A stretch of DNA of 64,000 bases from Mollicutes bacterium (GCA_004552445.1 SFOJ01000004.1:7802-71801), one strand, 5' to 3'. Shown: positions 40,654 to 52,711, counted from the stretch's first letter. The notes: generated by a model from the letters alone, not told the origin. Made by a program: numbers and translations.

Positions 40654-41400
40654 TTACTTATTAATTAATTTTTCATATGAATTTGCATTTAATATAGTAT
40701 TTGATATAAACTTTCCTTTATAAAAGTTCGCCCAATTATTAAAGATACATGGTACATTCTTTGCTTTTTCAAGAGAATCTATTTTTATAAAATTAATTTT
40801 AATATTGTTTTTCTTTGAGTATTCAGTAAGTTCTTGTATTTCATGTTCTACATATGGACATTCATTACTATAATAAATTGTAAAGTCTTGCTCTTCTATT
40901 TTATTTAATCTAACAGTATCACAGAATTTAGGAGTTTCAGAATCATCAAATTGTAATGCTAATAATTCATAATCATTTATCGTATCTACTACTTCAAAGC
41001 CATAATGTTCAAAAAATTTCTTTTCACCAATAAATGGTTTCTTCTTTTTTGATGTTAGAGTACATACTCCACTCATTCCTTTTTCTTTAGCATCATTAAT
41101 TGCATACTCTAATAATTCTTTTCCAATTTCTTTTCCTTTAAAACTACCTGCTACCCACAAACAATAAATATATTCATAATTTTTTCCACTGATAGGTACC
41201 CAAGCTGTTTCAATAGGTTCATATTCTATAAAAGTCTTACCTCTTGCATTTAATTTTCTAAAGACATGTCCATCTTTTATTTTACTTTTAATCCATTCTT
41301 TTTTTCTATCAACCCCGACTTGATGTTTCTTATCTCCTATTGCACAACATATATGCTCATTTTCAATATTTTCAAGTGTTAAATTTATATATTCATTCAT
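40654..41400 (-). CDS. GNAT N-acetyltransferase with YoaP-like C-domain
   Basis: GKEIGKELLEYAINDAKEKG acetyl-CoA site; C-terminal thioredoxin-like YoaP pattern. Confidence 0.6.
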   Translation of the reverse strand: MNEYINLTLENIENEHICCAIGDKKHQVGVDRKKEWIKSKIKDGHVFRKLNARGKTFIEYEPIETAWVPISGKNYEYIYCLWVAGSFKGKEIGKELLEYAINDAKEKGMSGVCTLTSKKKKPFIGEKKFFEHYGFEVVDTINDYELLALQFDDSETPKFCDTVRLNKIEEQDFTIYYSNECPYVEHEIQELTEYSKKNNIKINFIKIDSLEKAKNVPCIFNNWANFYKGKFISNTILNANSYEKLINK

Positions 41401-41442
41401 TTTATTTTACTCCTTTTAATGAAAAATCAAAACTTTCTTTAA

Positions 41443-42072
41443 TTAAAATTCTTTTTTTAAAAAAATTTTTTCAGATATTTTATATGATAATAATAATATT
41501 ATTGTTAGTATTATTGGAATTATTATAAAATAATAGTTATTGAGAAATATTATTATATTGGCTGGTATACTTAATTTGGATATTTTAGTTATTAAAGTTA
41601 CTATAACTATTATAGCTATCGTTAAGGCAAATAAGCCTATTCTCCCTTTTTCTATACCATACTTAAATATTAATGGGTACATTACTGCCTCTATAAATAT
41701 TGCTCCTGTTGCTATTGCTAATACTGAAGATATAATTTTGTCAAATTCTAAATTGTTATTTATTAAACCTACGAAATAATTTAGTAAGAGTGTTACAAAT
41801 ATTGCACCTACTACTAAAATTAAACTAGCAATATATTTAGATTTTACTATATTTTTTCTACCATTTGGTAGTGTTATTGCATAGGCATCCCATTTATTAA
41901 ATTCATCATAACTAAATGTAGAAATAAATAACATTACTACGATAAACGGTAAAACAAATGTTATATCAAATTCCCCTTGTAGTGCCATTATAAAAAACAT
42001 CATAAGCATTATTATTATTAACTTTAAATTATTTTTAACTATCAAAAAATCTTTTTTTATTAATCCTAACAT
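41443..42072 (-). CDS. ABC-2 type permease
   Basis: 6 TM, overlaps the upstream ATPase. Confidence 0.65.
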   Translation of the reverse strand: MLGLIKKDFLIVKNNLKLIIIMLMMFFIMALQGEFDITFVLPFIVVMLFISTFSYDEFNKWDAYAITLPNGRKNIVKSKYIASLILVVGAIFVTLLLNYFVGLINNNLEFDKIISSVLAIATGAIFIEAVMYPLIFKYGIEKGRIGLFALTIAIIVIVTLITKISKLSIPANIIIFLNNYYFIIIPIILTIILLLSYKISEKIFLKKEF

Positions 42073-42932
42073 TTCTTTTCCCCCTTTATGACAAGAACCA
42101 TAAGTTCTTCAAGAGTTATTTTATCTATAATACAGTCTTTATATTTATTTTTTATTTTATTTTTATTATTTACTAGTACTTCATAGTTATATTTATTTTT
42201 CTTATAACTAACTATATCATCTTTAGAAATTTTATCGAATGATTTTTTATCACATTTTAATATTCCATAATTATCTAACAATTCATCTTTATTTTCGTTT
42301 AATATGATTTTACCTCTATCAATAAATATTATTTCATCAGCTATATGTTCTAAATCACTTGTTATATGAGTTGATAGTAATATTGTATGTTCTTCATCTT
42401 TTATAAAATCTAAAAATATATCTAGTATATCATCTCTTATAACAGGATCTAAACCACTTGTTGGTTCATCTAAAATTAATAGTTTTGGTTTATGAGAAAG
42501 TGCAGTAGCAATTTCTAATTTTTTTCTCATACCTTTAGATAAGTCTTTTATTTTTTTATTACTTTGTAATTTAAAATTATTTAAGTATTTATAAAATAAT
42601 TCTTTATCCCAATTTTTGTATATGTCTTTCATAATAGAATTTATATCATTTGGAGTAAGTATTTCTGGAAAAAACATTCCTTCTAGTACTACACCTATAT
42701 CTTCTTTAATTACAGATTCATACTTCTTATTGTTCTTATCAAATATTTTTATTTCTCCAGATTCAGGTTTTGTTATATTTAAAATAGATTTTATTAATGT
42801 AGTTTTTCCTGCTCCATTTTCTCCTATTAAACCTATTATATATCCACTTGGAATTTCTAAGTTAATTTCTCCAAGTTCAAAATTATTATCGTATTTTTTC
42901 TTTAAATTTTTAATTTCTATAGCATTACTCAT
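42066..42932 (-). CDS. ABC transporter ATP-binding protein
   Basis: GENGAGKTT Walker A, LSKGMRKK signature, LILDEPTSGLD Walker B. Confidence 0.9.
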   Translation of the reverse strand: MSNAIEIKNLKKKYDNNFELGEINLEIPSGYIIGLIGENGAGKTTLIKSILNITKPESGEIKIFDKNNKKYESVIKEDIGVVLEGMFFPEILTPNDINSIMKDIYKNWDKELFYKYLNNFKLQSNKKIKDLSKGMRKKLEIATALSHKPKLLILDEPTSGLDPVIRDDILDIFLDFIKDEEHTILLSTHITSDLEHIADEIIFIDRGKIILNENKDELLDNYGILKCDKKSFDKISKDDIVSYKKNKYNYEVLVNNKNKIKNKYKDCIIDKITLEELMVLVIKGEKKC

Positions 42933-43309
42933 TGTTCTTCACTCCTATATATAAATTCAAATAAATCAATTATTTCTTTTTTATCAATATTAAATCTATT
43001 AGCAATATTAATTATTTTTGATATATGATTTTCTATTTCTTTGTTTGCCTGTTCTTTTGCCAATTCAATATTTTTAGGAGCAACAAATGTTCCTTTACCT
43101 TGTACTGATTTAATATATCCTTCACTTTCTAATTCATCATAAGCTTTTTTTATTGTCATTACGCTTATCTTAATATCACTTGCGAGTGATCTAATCGATG
43201 GTATAGATTCTCCTTCTAATAGCTCATCTAACATTATTTGATTGATTATTTGATTTTTAATTTGTTCATATATTGGAACTGAACTACTATTACTAATAAT
43301 TATTTTCAT
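42929..43309 (-). CDS. GntR-family (YtrA-like) transcriptional regulator
   Basis: 126 aa, IPSIRSLASDIKISVMTIKKAYDELE wHTH. Confidence 0.85.
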   Translation of the reverse strand: MKIIISNSSSVPIYEQIKNQIINQIMLDELLEGESIPSIRSLASDIKISVMTIKKAYDELESEGYIKSVQGKGTFVAPKNIELAKEQANKEIENHISKIINIANRFNIDKKEIIDLFEFIYRSEEQ

Positions 43310-43322
43310 ATAACTCTCCCAC

Positions 43323-43353
43323 TGTTATATATATAGTATAACACCATATAACA
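43323..43353. promoter_or_regulatory. candidate GntR operator overlapping the operon promoter
   Basis: TGTTATA-n7-TATAACA palindrome, with a third TATAACA 10 bp further on, inside the TTGACA / TATACT promoter region. Confidence 0.4.
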
Positions 43354-43406
43354 CTTGTCAACTATTTATTATAAATTTAAAAAATCAGTGAATTACTGAT
43401 TCTTTT

Positions 43407-43949
43407 CTATTGTTTTTTATACATAAAACATTCTTTATCATGTGAATATATTATTCCTATTGCTTGTAAGTATGAATATATAATTGTAGAACCTACAAAT
43501 TTGCATCCTCTTTTAATTAAATCTTTAGATATCTTATCAGACAAATTATTTGTTGTTTTATCTACCTCATATAGTATATTTCCGTTTGTGAATCCGAGTA
43601 AGTATTTGTAAAAGCTTCCATATTCATTTTCTATGTTTTTAAATATTTTAGCATTATTAATACTCGATTTTATTTTAAGTTTATTTCTTATTATTTTGGG
43701 GTTTGATAGTAATTCATTTATTTTATTTTCATCATAATTAATTATTTTATCTATATCAAAGTTATCATAAGAAATTCTAAAATCTTCTCTTTTATTTAAC
43801 ACACATTCCCAAGAAAGTCCAGCCTGGAAAGATTCAAGTATTAACATTTCAAATAAATATTTATCATCTGTGTTTGGCATACACCATTCATTATCATGAT
43901 ACTCTATATATAATGGATTATCTAAGTTGCACCATTTACATCTTTTCAT
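43407..43949 (-). CDS. tag: DNA-3-methyladenine glycosylase I
   Basis: RCKWC...YHDNEWCMP...ESFQAGLSW motifs. Confidence 0.85.
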   Translation of the reverse strand: MKRCKWCNLDNPLYIEYHDNEWCMPNTDDKYLFEMLILESFQAGLSWECVLNKREDFRISYDNFDIDKIINYDENKINELLSNPKIIRNKLKIKSSINNAKIFKNIENEYGSFYKYLLGFTNGNILYEVDKTTNNLSDKISKDLIKRGCKFVGSTIIYSYLQAIGIIYSHDKECFMYKKQ

Positions 43950-44030
43950 AGTTTATTCCTTTCTTATACTTCTATTAGTTCTTTTTATTCACTATATCAT
44001 GTAATAAAGATTAATTTTCTTCTATAATTT

Positions 44031-44204
44031 TTATTTTTTTAATCTCTCATCTTTTACATATTTACATTTTCTTGGATTTCCTTCTGATCTATATATTGTT
44101 AAACTATCTAAATCAAATATAGAACTCCATACTGTTTCAAAGTTTAATGATTTATCATATTGACACATAAATCCTTTATTACCTTTAAATCTTAAATGAT
44201 ACAA
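44031..44204 (-). CDS. 57-aa hypothetical protein (TTG start)
   Basis: Own translation MYHLRFKGNKGFMCQYDKSLNFETVWSSIFDLDSLTIYRSEGNPRKCKYVKDERLKK; AAGGAGG 9 nt upstream; TTGACT-17-TATGAT promoter. Confidence 0.5.
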   Translation of the reverse strand: MYHLRFKGNKGFMCQYDKSLNFETVWSSIFDLDSLTIYRSEGNPRKCKYVKDERLKK

Positions 44205-44312
44205 TTTATATTTCCTCCTTTTTATTAGAACATATTACGTTTAAATCATATTATAATAAAAAATTTAAGTCAATAAAAAAGAAATAAAACATTTAACATA
44301 CAAATAAATATT

Positions 44313-44340
44313 AAAAAAGCAAATCTTTAACGAGATTTGC
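44313..44340 (-). terminator. intrinsic terminator after the ABC permease
   Basis: GCAAATCT-cgttaa-AGATTTGC, then TTTTTT on the minus strand. Confidence 0.75.
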
Positions 44341-44361
44341 ATAATTAGTTAAATTTATTAA

Positions 44362-45252
44362 TTATTTATTTTTGCATAACAAATGTTTTAAAATATATAA
44401 CATAAATAGAATAAATATTGTTATTATTACTATTAAATACATTGTTGATATACTAACTACATTATTATTAAATATTAATCTAATATCAATAGATTCTTTT
44501 AAACTATTTATTGCGTTATTAGGAATTATTTTTGCTAACTCTCTAAATGTACTTTCCATAACTGAATTTTTCATTAAAGCTGTTGCATATGTGGTAGGTA
44601 AAAATAGCAAAGCATTTCTTAATCCTGCACCAAATTGACTCATTGGCATATACGCACCAGCAATAAATCCATACATAGAACTAACAATTGAACCAACAGC
44701 AGAAATTTGACCTTGTGTACTTAAAAATGAATTTATTAATGATGATAAAATACAACCAAATAAAGTTAAGCCTATAACATTTAACATTATTAATAGTATA
44801 TCTATTATGTTCATAAACCAGCCATTAATAGCAATATATATTAGACACAACCCTAACGCAAATAAATTGACAATTAAAGTAGATATAAATGATGCTAAAA
44901 AATATGATATAGCCAAAGTTTTCTTATCAGTTGGTGTAATAATTAAATCCTTAATATTCCCATTTGCCTTATCTTGAACCATTAACATGTTTGAGCAAAA
45001 AGCAACAGTTATGCATGAAACAGATAATAGTGAACCTACCAATTGACCACTTACTAAACCATTAAGTAATTTACTACTAATTTCTATGCTATCAGGTATA
45101 GCACTTATAAATGCATCTTTATATACGTTAGCTAAAAATGTAGAGTATAAAACTAATAAAATTGCAGGGGTAATTAATGAAGTAAAAAACATTCCTTTAT
45201 CACTAAAATATACTTTTATATTTCTAATAGTTAAATTAATTATTTTTTTCAT
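44362..45252 (-). CDS. ABC-2 type permease
   Basis: 6-7 TM, adjacent to the ATPase. Confidence 0.75.
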   Translation of the reverse strand: MKKIINLTIRNIKVYFSDKGMFFTSLITPAILLVLYSTFLANVYKDAFISAIPDSIEISSKLLNGLVSGQLVGSLLSVSCITVAFCSNMLMVQDKANGNIKDLIITPTDKKTLAISYFLASFISTLIVNLFALGLCLIYIAINGWFMNIIDILLIMLNVIGLTLFGCILSSLINSFLSTQGQISAVGSIVSSMYGFIAGAYMPMSQFGAGLRNALLFLPTTYATALMKNSVMESTFRELAKIIPNNAINSLKESIDIRLIFNNNVVSISTMYLIVIITIFILFMLYILKHLLCKNK

Positions 45253-45253
45253 T

Positions 45254-46156
45254 CTATACCTCCAGATTACTTCCAGTTGCGTTTAAGAACACATCATCCA
45301 TTTTACCTTTTATTATTTCATAATCTTTAAATATTTCTTTATTTTTTATTATTAAATCAGTTGCTATACTTGTATTTTCGACTTCTATTTTAAATCCATC
45401 TCTAATCTTTGTATATGGTAATTTTAATTTCATTACATCATGTTCTTCTATATGGTAGATATTTATTATATCTTTAGCATATTTGTTTTTTAAATCTAAA
45501 GGTGTCCCTTCTGTAATAATTTTACCTTTTTCTATTATTGTTATAAAATCAGCATCTGCTGCTTCTTCCATATAGTGTGTTGTTAAAAAAACAGTCATAC
45601 CATTTTTTTCTCTTAAATTTCTTATTATATTCCATAATTTTTTTCTTGTATTTGGATCTAATCCTGTTGTAGGTTCATCAAGTATTAAAAATTCTGGTTC
45701 ATGAATAATTGCTCTTGCAATATCAACTCTTCTTCTTTGCCCACCAGACAAAGTTTTAACTTTTTGATTTTTAATTTCATTTAATTCAAACATTTTTGAC
45801 AATTCTTCAAATCTTTTTTTAAACTCATTTCCTGTAATATCATATAAACTAGCTCGATATTTTAAGTTATCATATACACTTAAAGTTTGATCTAAAACAG
45901 AATTTTGAAAAACCACACCTATTTTATTTTTTATATATTTTGAGTTTTTATTTATATCTTCCCCACACACTATTATATTCCCATTATCATTTTTTAAAGT
46001 TCCACATATCATAGATATCGTTGTTGATTTACCAGCACCATTAACACCTAAATATGCAAACATCTCACCCTTTTTCACTTTAAAACTTATATTATTAACC
46101 GCTTTTATTTTACCAAAACTTTTACTAACATTAGTTATCTTTAAAATTTCTTCCAT
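45254..46156 (-). CDS. ABC transporter ATP-binding protein (DrrA/CcmA-like)
   Basis: GVNGAGKST, LSGGQRRR, ILDEPTTGLD. Confidence 0.9.
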   Translation of the reverse strand: MEEILKITNVSKSFGKIKAVNNISFKVKKGEMFAYLGVNGAGKSTTISMICGTLKNDNGNIIVCGEDINKNSKYIKNKIGVVFQNSVLDQTLSVYDNLKYRASLYDITGNEFKKRFEELSKMFELNEIKNQKVKTLSGGQRRRVDIARAIIHEPEFLILDEPTTGLDPNTRKKLWNIIRNLREKNGMTVFLTTHYMEEAADADFITIIEKGKIITEGTPLDLKNKYAKDIINIYHIEEHDVMKLKLPYTKIRDGFKIEVENTSIATDLIIKNKEIFKDYEIIKGKMDDVFLNATGSNLEV

Positions 46157-46198
46157 ATAAGAGCCTCACTTTCAAATTACTATTTATCTGCCAGTTAC

Positions 46199-46207
46199 AT
46201 TATATCA
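46199..46207 (-). promoter_or_regulatory. extended -10 promoter element of the ABC operon
   Basis: TGaTATAAT on the minus strand, 43 nt before the ATG; no TTGACA-like -35, which is replaced by the repeat array. Confidence 0.55.
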
Positions 46208-46210
46208 TAA

Positions 46211-46282
46211 GTTTCCGATTTTTTCCGTTTTACTTCCGAATAATTTCCGTTTCATTTCCGATTGATTTCCATTTTTTCCGAT
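46211..46282. repeat. seven phased direct repeats, TTTCCG (CGGAAA on the gene strand)
   Basis: TTCCG at 46213, 46223, 46234, 46245, 46256, (TTCCA 46267), 46276; spacings 10, 11, 11, 11, 11, 9. Confidence 0.9.
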
Positions 46283-46603
46283 TCATATATATTAAACATT
46301 TCCATTTTGTAAATATCATTCACTCATTTCACTGCAAAATTTTAAATAAACAAAAAAATCACTTTTTCAAATAAGCGATTTTCCTTTATAAAACTTGACT
46401 TTCTAGGCCACAGAAAAGTTCAAGTTAAACTCTTATGGTGCCCTAAGGGAAGAAGTAGAACAACTCCTAGGGCAAAAGAAATAGCTAGTAATAACTATTA
46501 ACTAAATATATTATACTACATTTCTAGTAAAAATCGAAAAAACTTCATAAAAAAAATAAATTTACTCAAAAAAATGTTATAATTAGTATGGAGATGACTT
46601 GTT

Positions 46604-47272
46604 ATGCATATTAATAAAGATCTAATGTTATATATAGAAAAAAATATATTTCCAAAATATGAAAAATATTATTCTCATGGAATGTTACACATAAATAATG
46701 TAATTGAAAATATGTTGATGCTAGCTGATTATTATGAATTAGACAAAAATATGGCTTATGTTATTGCTGCTTTTCATGATATTGGTCTAAATATTGATAG
46801 AGAAAATCATGAGCACGAATCAGGAAAAATATTAAAGAATGATGTAGAGTTAAAGAAATATTTTAATAATGAACAAATCAAAATTATGAAAGAAGCCGTA
46901 GAAGATCATAGAGGTTCTAGAAAAGAAAGACCTAGAAATTTTTATGGAGAATGTGTTTCAGATTCTGATAGAGATTTTGATATTGAATTATTGGCAAAAA
47001 GACAACTAGCTACATCTCTTAAAAATTACTTAACACTTAAAACTTTTGATGAACATTTCGAAAGATGTTATGAATATATTTGCAGAAGAATTAATAATGA
47101 TGGCAATTTTAATCTTTGGACAAATAATCCTTTAATGATAGAAAAAAGAGATAAATTTCAAAAAGATTATTTAAACAAGGATTATGCAAAGTCAGTATAT
47201 AAAAAAGAGTGGGATAAAATATCAAATGATGGGACAAAGGAAAAAATACTTAATTATTATGAAGATTATTAA
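46604..47272 (+). CDS. HD-domain phosphohydrolase
   Basis: H...AAFHDIG...H pattern; TGtTATAAT extended -10 upstream. Confidence 0.7.
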   Translation: MHINKDLMLYIEKNIFPKYEKYYSHGMLHINNVIENMLMLADYYELDKNMAYVIAAFHDIGLNIDRENHEHESGKILKNDVELKKYFNNEQIKIMKEAVEDHRGSRKERPRNFYGECVSDSDRDFDIELLAKRQLATSLKNYLTLKTFDEHFERCYEYICRRINNDGNFNLWTNNPLMIEKRDKFQKDYLNKDYAKSVYKKEWDKISNDGTKEKILNYYEDY

Positions 47273-47298
47273 AAATGCTTTTTTACACTATTTTAATT

Positions 47299-47335
47299 CA
47301 CACGCTAATTGATATGTCAATTTGCAAGTGTGTTT
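47299..47335 (+). other. candidate oriT / nested inverted repeat
   Basis: CACAC...AATTGAtatgTCAATT...GTGTG followed by TTT. Confidence 0.35.
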
Positions 47336-47373
47336 CTAAATTTTCAAAAATTTAGTATAAACAAAGAATACGG

Positions 47374-50534
<3,161 letters not shown>

Positions 50535-50550
50535 CTAGTTTAAAAAACAT

Positions 50551-50817
50551 TTAATTGTTTTTAATATGAACTTCCATATCTTTTAATTTAATACATTTAG
50601 AATAATCATTTATAAAAACTTTATCACTTCCATTAAATATTAAATAATTATTCTCCTTGATTGTTATAATATGTGGACTTACATAAGCAATATTACTTCC
50701 TTTAATATTAATAATACTTCCTTGTTTAATAGAGTACTTACAACAAGCAAATCTACATATCATATCAATTCTTTTTAGAACTTCCTTTTCAACATCTAAT
50801 ATTTTTACTTCCTTCAT
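50551..50817 (-). CDS. hypothetical 88-aa protein upstream of the recombinase
   Basis: GTGAGGAG SD 4 nt before ATG 50817. Confidence 0.5.
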   Translation of the reverse strand: MKEVKILDVEKEVLKRIDMICRFACCKYSIKQGSIINIKGSNIAYVSPHIITIKENNYLIFNGSDKVFINDYSKCIKLKDMEVHIKNN

Positions 50818-50844
50818 AAAACTCCTCACTTTCCTTATAATAAC

Positions 50845-50870
50845 AAAAAAACTAGACGGTACTTCTAGTT
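50845..50870 (-). terminator. intrinsic terminator downstream of the tRNA pair
   Basis: AACTAGA-agtaccg-TCTAGTT, then T7 on the minus strand. Confidence 0.65.
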
Positions 50871-50912
50871 AATATTTATTACTACTCGAAAAGTTCGAGT
50901 TTCCTATCAATC

Positions 50913-50988
50913 TGGTGCTGAAAAGAGGAATCGAACCCCCAACCTACTGATTACGATTCAGTTGCTCTACCGATTGAGCTATTTCAGC
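50913..50988 (-). tRNA. tRNA-Thr (anticodon CGU), CCA encoded
   Basis: GCTGAAA acceptor, GCTC/GAGC D arm, loop AT-CGT-AA, GGTTCGATTCC T arm, TTTCAGC-A-CCA. Confidence 0.9.
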
Positions 50989-50989
50989 A

Positions 50990-51063
50990 TGGTTGCCTCA
51001 ATAGGATTCGAACCTATGATGCTGGAGTCAGAGTCCAGAGCCTTACCGCTTGGCCATGAGGCA
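50990..51063 (-). tRNA. tRNA-Gln (anticodon CUG), CCA encoded
   Basis: TGCCTCA acceptor, GCCAAGCGGTAAGGC D arm typical of tRNA-Gln, loop CT-CTG-AC, GGTTCGAATCC, TGAGGCA-A-CCA. Confidence 0.9.
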
Positions 51064-51071
51064 ATAATGTA

Positions 51072-51440
51072 TTAGTTGTATGACAACATAATACTTTTTT
51101 TAGTATAAATTAAATCTAGTAAATCTATATTTAAATATAGATCGTATAAATCTTTATTTTTTACTATTTTAAAATCTATATCTTCTTTGCTTATATCACT
51201 TGGAATATCATTTACTTCATAAATTATTTCTTCTACTGAATCCCTTAGAGTTATTTCATCTTTTATTTCATCTAATTCATCTTTAGTTAGTGTTGTTCTA
51301 AATTCTAGTTTTATATCTCCTAAATCTTCAGAATGAGTTTCTATTTTTAAAGTAAATGTACTCATTATTCCACTTTCATTTTCCCATATAACTGTTGTTT
51401 TGTCAGTTAAACTTTCATTATCAATTTTTAGCATAAGCAC
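51072..51440 (-). CDS. hypothetical acidic 122-aa protein between tmRNA and the tRNAs
   Basis: ORF only; D/E/I-rich. Confidence 0.45.
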   Translation of the reverse strand: MLMLKIDNESLTDKTTVIWENESGIMSTFTLKIETHSEDLGDIKLEFRTTLTKDELDEIKDEITLRDSVEEIIYEVNDIPSDISKEDIDFKIVKNKDLYDLYLNIDLLDLIYTKKSIMLSYN

Positions 51441-51484
51441 TCTCTTTCATTTAAAAAGACTTAATTAAGTCTATTATTCATATT

Positions 51485-51838
51485 TGGTGGAGATGAGGAG
51501 TAGCGAACTCCTGTCCAAGATTCATCCCAGTAGAATTTCTACAAGTTTAGTTGGTTTTTAAATTCAAATAATAATGTAGATTGCCAACTTCTCTTATTAT
51601 TCTAAGTTTGCTATTCATTCATTATAAATCACAAACAAATTTATAATATAGTTCACTTTATGACTCCCCTCTTAAAACTCGTGAACAAAAGTTAAAAGTG
51701 GAAGCTCCGTTTTACTTAACTTAAGCAAAAGATGGAGAAAAATTAAAATCGTTTCCGATTATTTTAGTTTTTGCATTTATAGTATGCCTACTACTTGCAT
51801 TCTACCCAGACATAACCCTGTCGAATCAATGCATCCCC
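51485..51838 (-). ncRNA. ssrA: tmRNA
   Basis: 5' GGGGATGCATTGATTCGACAGGG, 3' GGACAGGAGTTCGCTACTCCTCATCTCCACCA; tag frame GCA AAA ACT...TTT GCT TAA at 51721-51774. Confidence 0.9.
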
Positions 51839-51883
51839 GTATGTGTTAATTATATCATATTATACCTTTTATTACTAGTTTTA

Positions 51884-51912
51884 TTGACAAAATATGTTTT
51901 TTTGAATAAAAT
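51884..51912 (+). promoter_or_regulatory. sigma-A promoter
   Basis: TTGACA-17-TAAAAT; the track's TTG start codon at 51884 is the -35 box. Confidence 0.6.
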
Positions 51913-51919
51913 TGTAGGT

Positions 51920-52645
51920 ATGAAATATAGTGTTTTTAAAATTGTTGAGTTAGTAGTGGTTAATTTTATTACAATGATTAGACTAATTGGTGCTATAATA
52001 TTACCTATCATTTATGTTAAATATGGTGCTAGCATATGTGCTATATGGACAATAGTGTTATTTGCTACTGATGCCATAGATGGTTTTCTTGCAAGAAGTC
52101 TTAAAATTTCTACTTTTTTTGGAAGTGCGATGGATGGAATTAGTGATAAATTATTAAACGCTATTTCTTTTATTATTTTAGGACTTCAGTATAATATAAT
52201 GATACCACCACTTATTTTAGAAATTGCTATCATGTCAACATTGTATTCTACATATAGATTTGGTGGTAATATTCAATCTAGCAAGACAGGAAAAATTAAA
52301 ACTGTAATACTAGATGTTTGTGTTATACTTAGTTTCACTCTCATGAGTTTGCCTGCTTTAAATATAGATAATAGTATTATTAATCATTTAATACATTATA
52401 CAAATACATATATAGTTTTACTAGGTTGTATTATAACTATCGCATCTATCGTTACTCTAATTGATTATAATAAGAAAAATAAAAATACAAGAAATAATAA
52501 AAAATTAACACATATAAAATATCAACATAGAATAAAGAAAAATATGAAAGAAGTATTATCTGATTTATTTGATACTGATTATTATATTAAACATAAAAAT
52601 GAACCTATTATGAAACAATTCTATAAAACTAAAGTAGCTAAATAA
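51920..52645 (+). CDS. CDP-alcohol phosphatidyltransferase (PgsA-like)
   Basis: DAIDGFLAR-x8-G-x3-DGISDK motif; polytopic. Confidence 0.8.
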   Translation: MKYSVFKIVELVVVNFITMIRLIGAIILPIIYVKYGASICAIWTIVLFATDAIDGFLARSLKISTFFGSAMDGISDKLLNAISFIILGLQYNIMIPPLILEIAIMSTLYSTYRFGGNIQSSKTGKIKTVILDVCVILSFTLMSLPALNIDNSIINHLIHYTNTYIVLLGCIITIASIVTLIDYNKKNKNTRNNKKLTHIKYQHRIKKNMKEVLSDLFDTDYYIKHKNEPIMKQFYKTKVAK

Positions 52646-52711
52646 ATTAGTTACTTTTTTCTTTATAAATGTGGAAATATATGCTACAATTATAATCAAG
52701 GAAGTGATTAA

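Noticed and set aside
46211-46282. Possible CRISPR array or microsatellite
   Set aside because: The repeat unit is only 6 bp with 4-5 bp spacers (11-bp period), far too short for CRISPR. The spacers vary, so it is not a simple tandem repeat. It is kept as a regulatory or centromere-like array instead.
50884-50900. Palindrome ACTCGAA-aag-TTCGAGT as the tRNA terminator
   Set aside because: No U-run follows it on either strand. The real terminator is the hairpin plus T7 at 50845-50870. The palindrome is mentioned only as a possible recombination-site element.
51884-51919. TTG start of the CDP-alcohol phosphatidyltransferase ORF
   Set aside because: That TTG is the first half of a TTGACA -35 box with TAAAAT 17 nt downstream. 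ATG 51920 gives a normal PgsA-like N-terminus.
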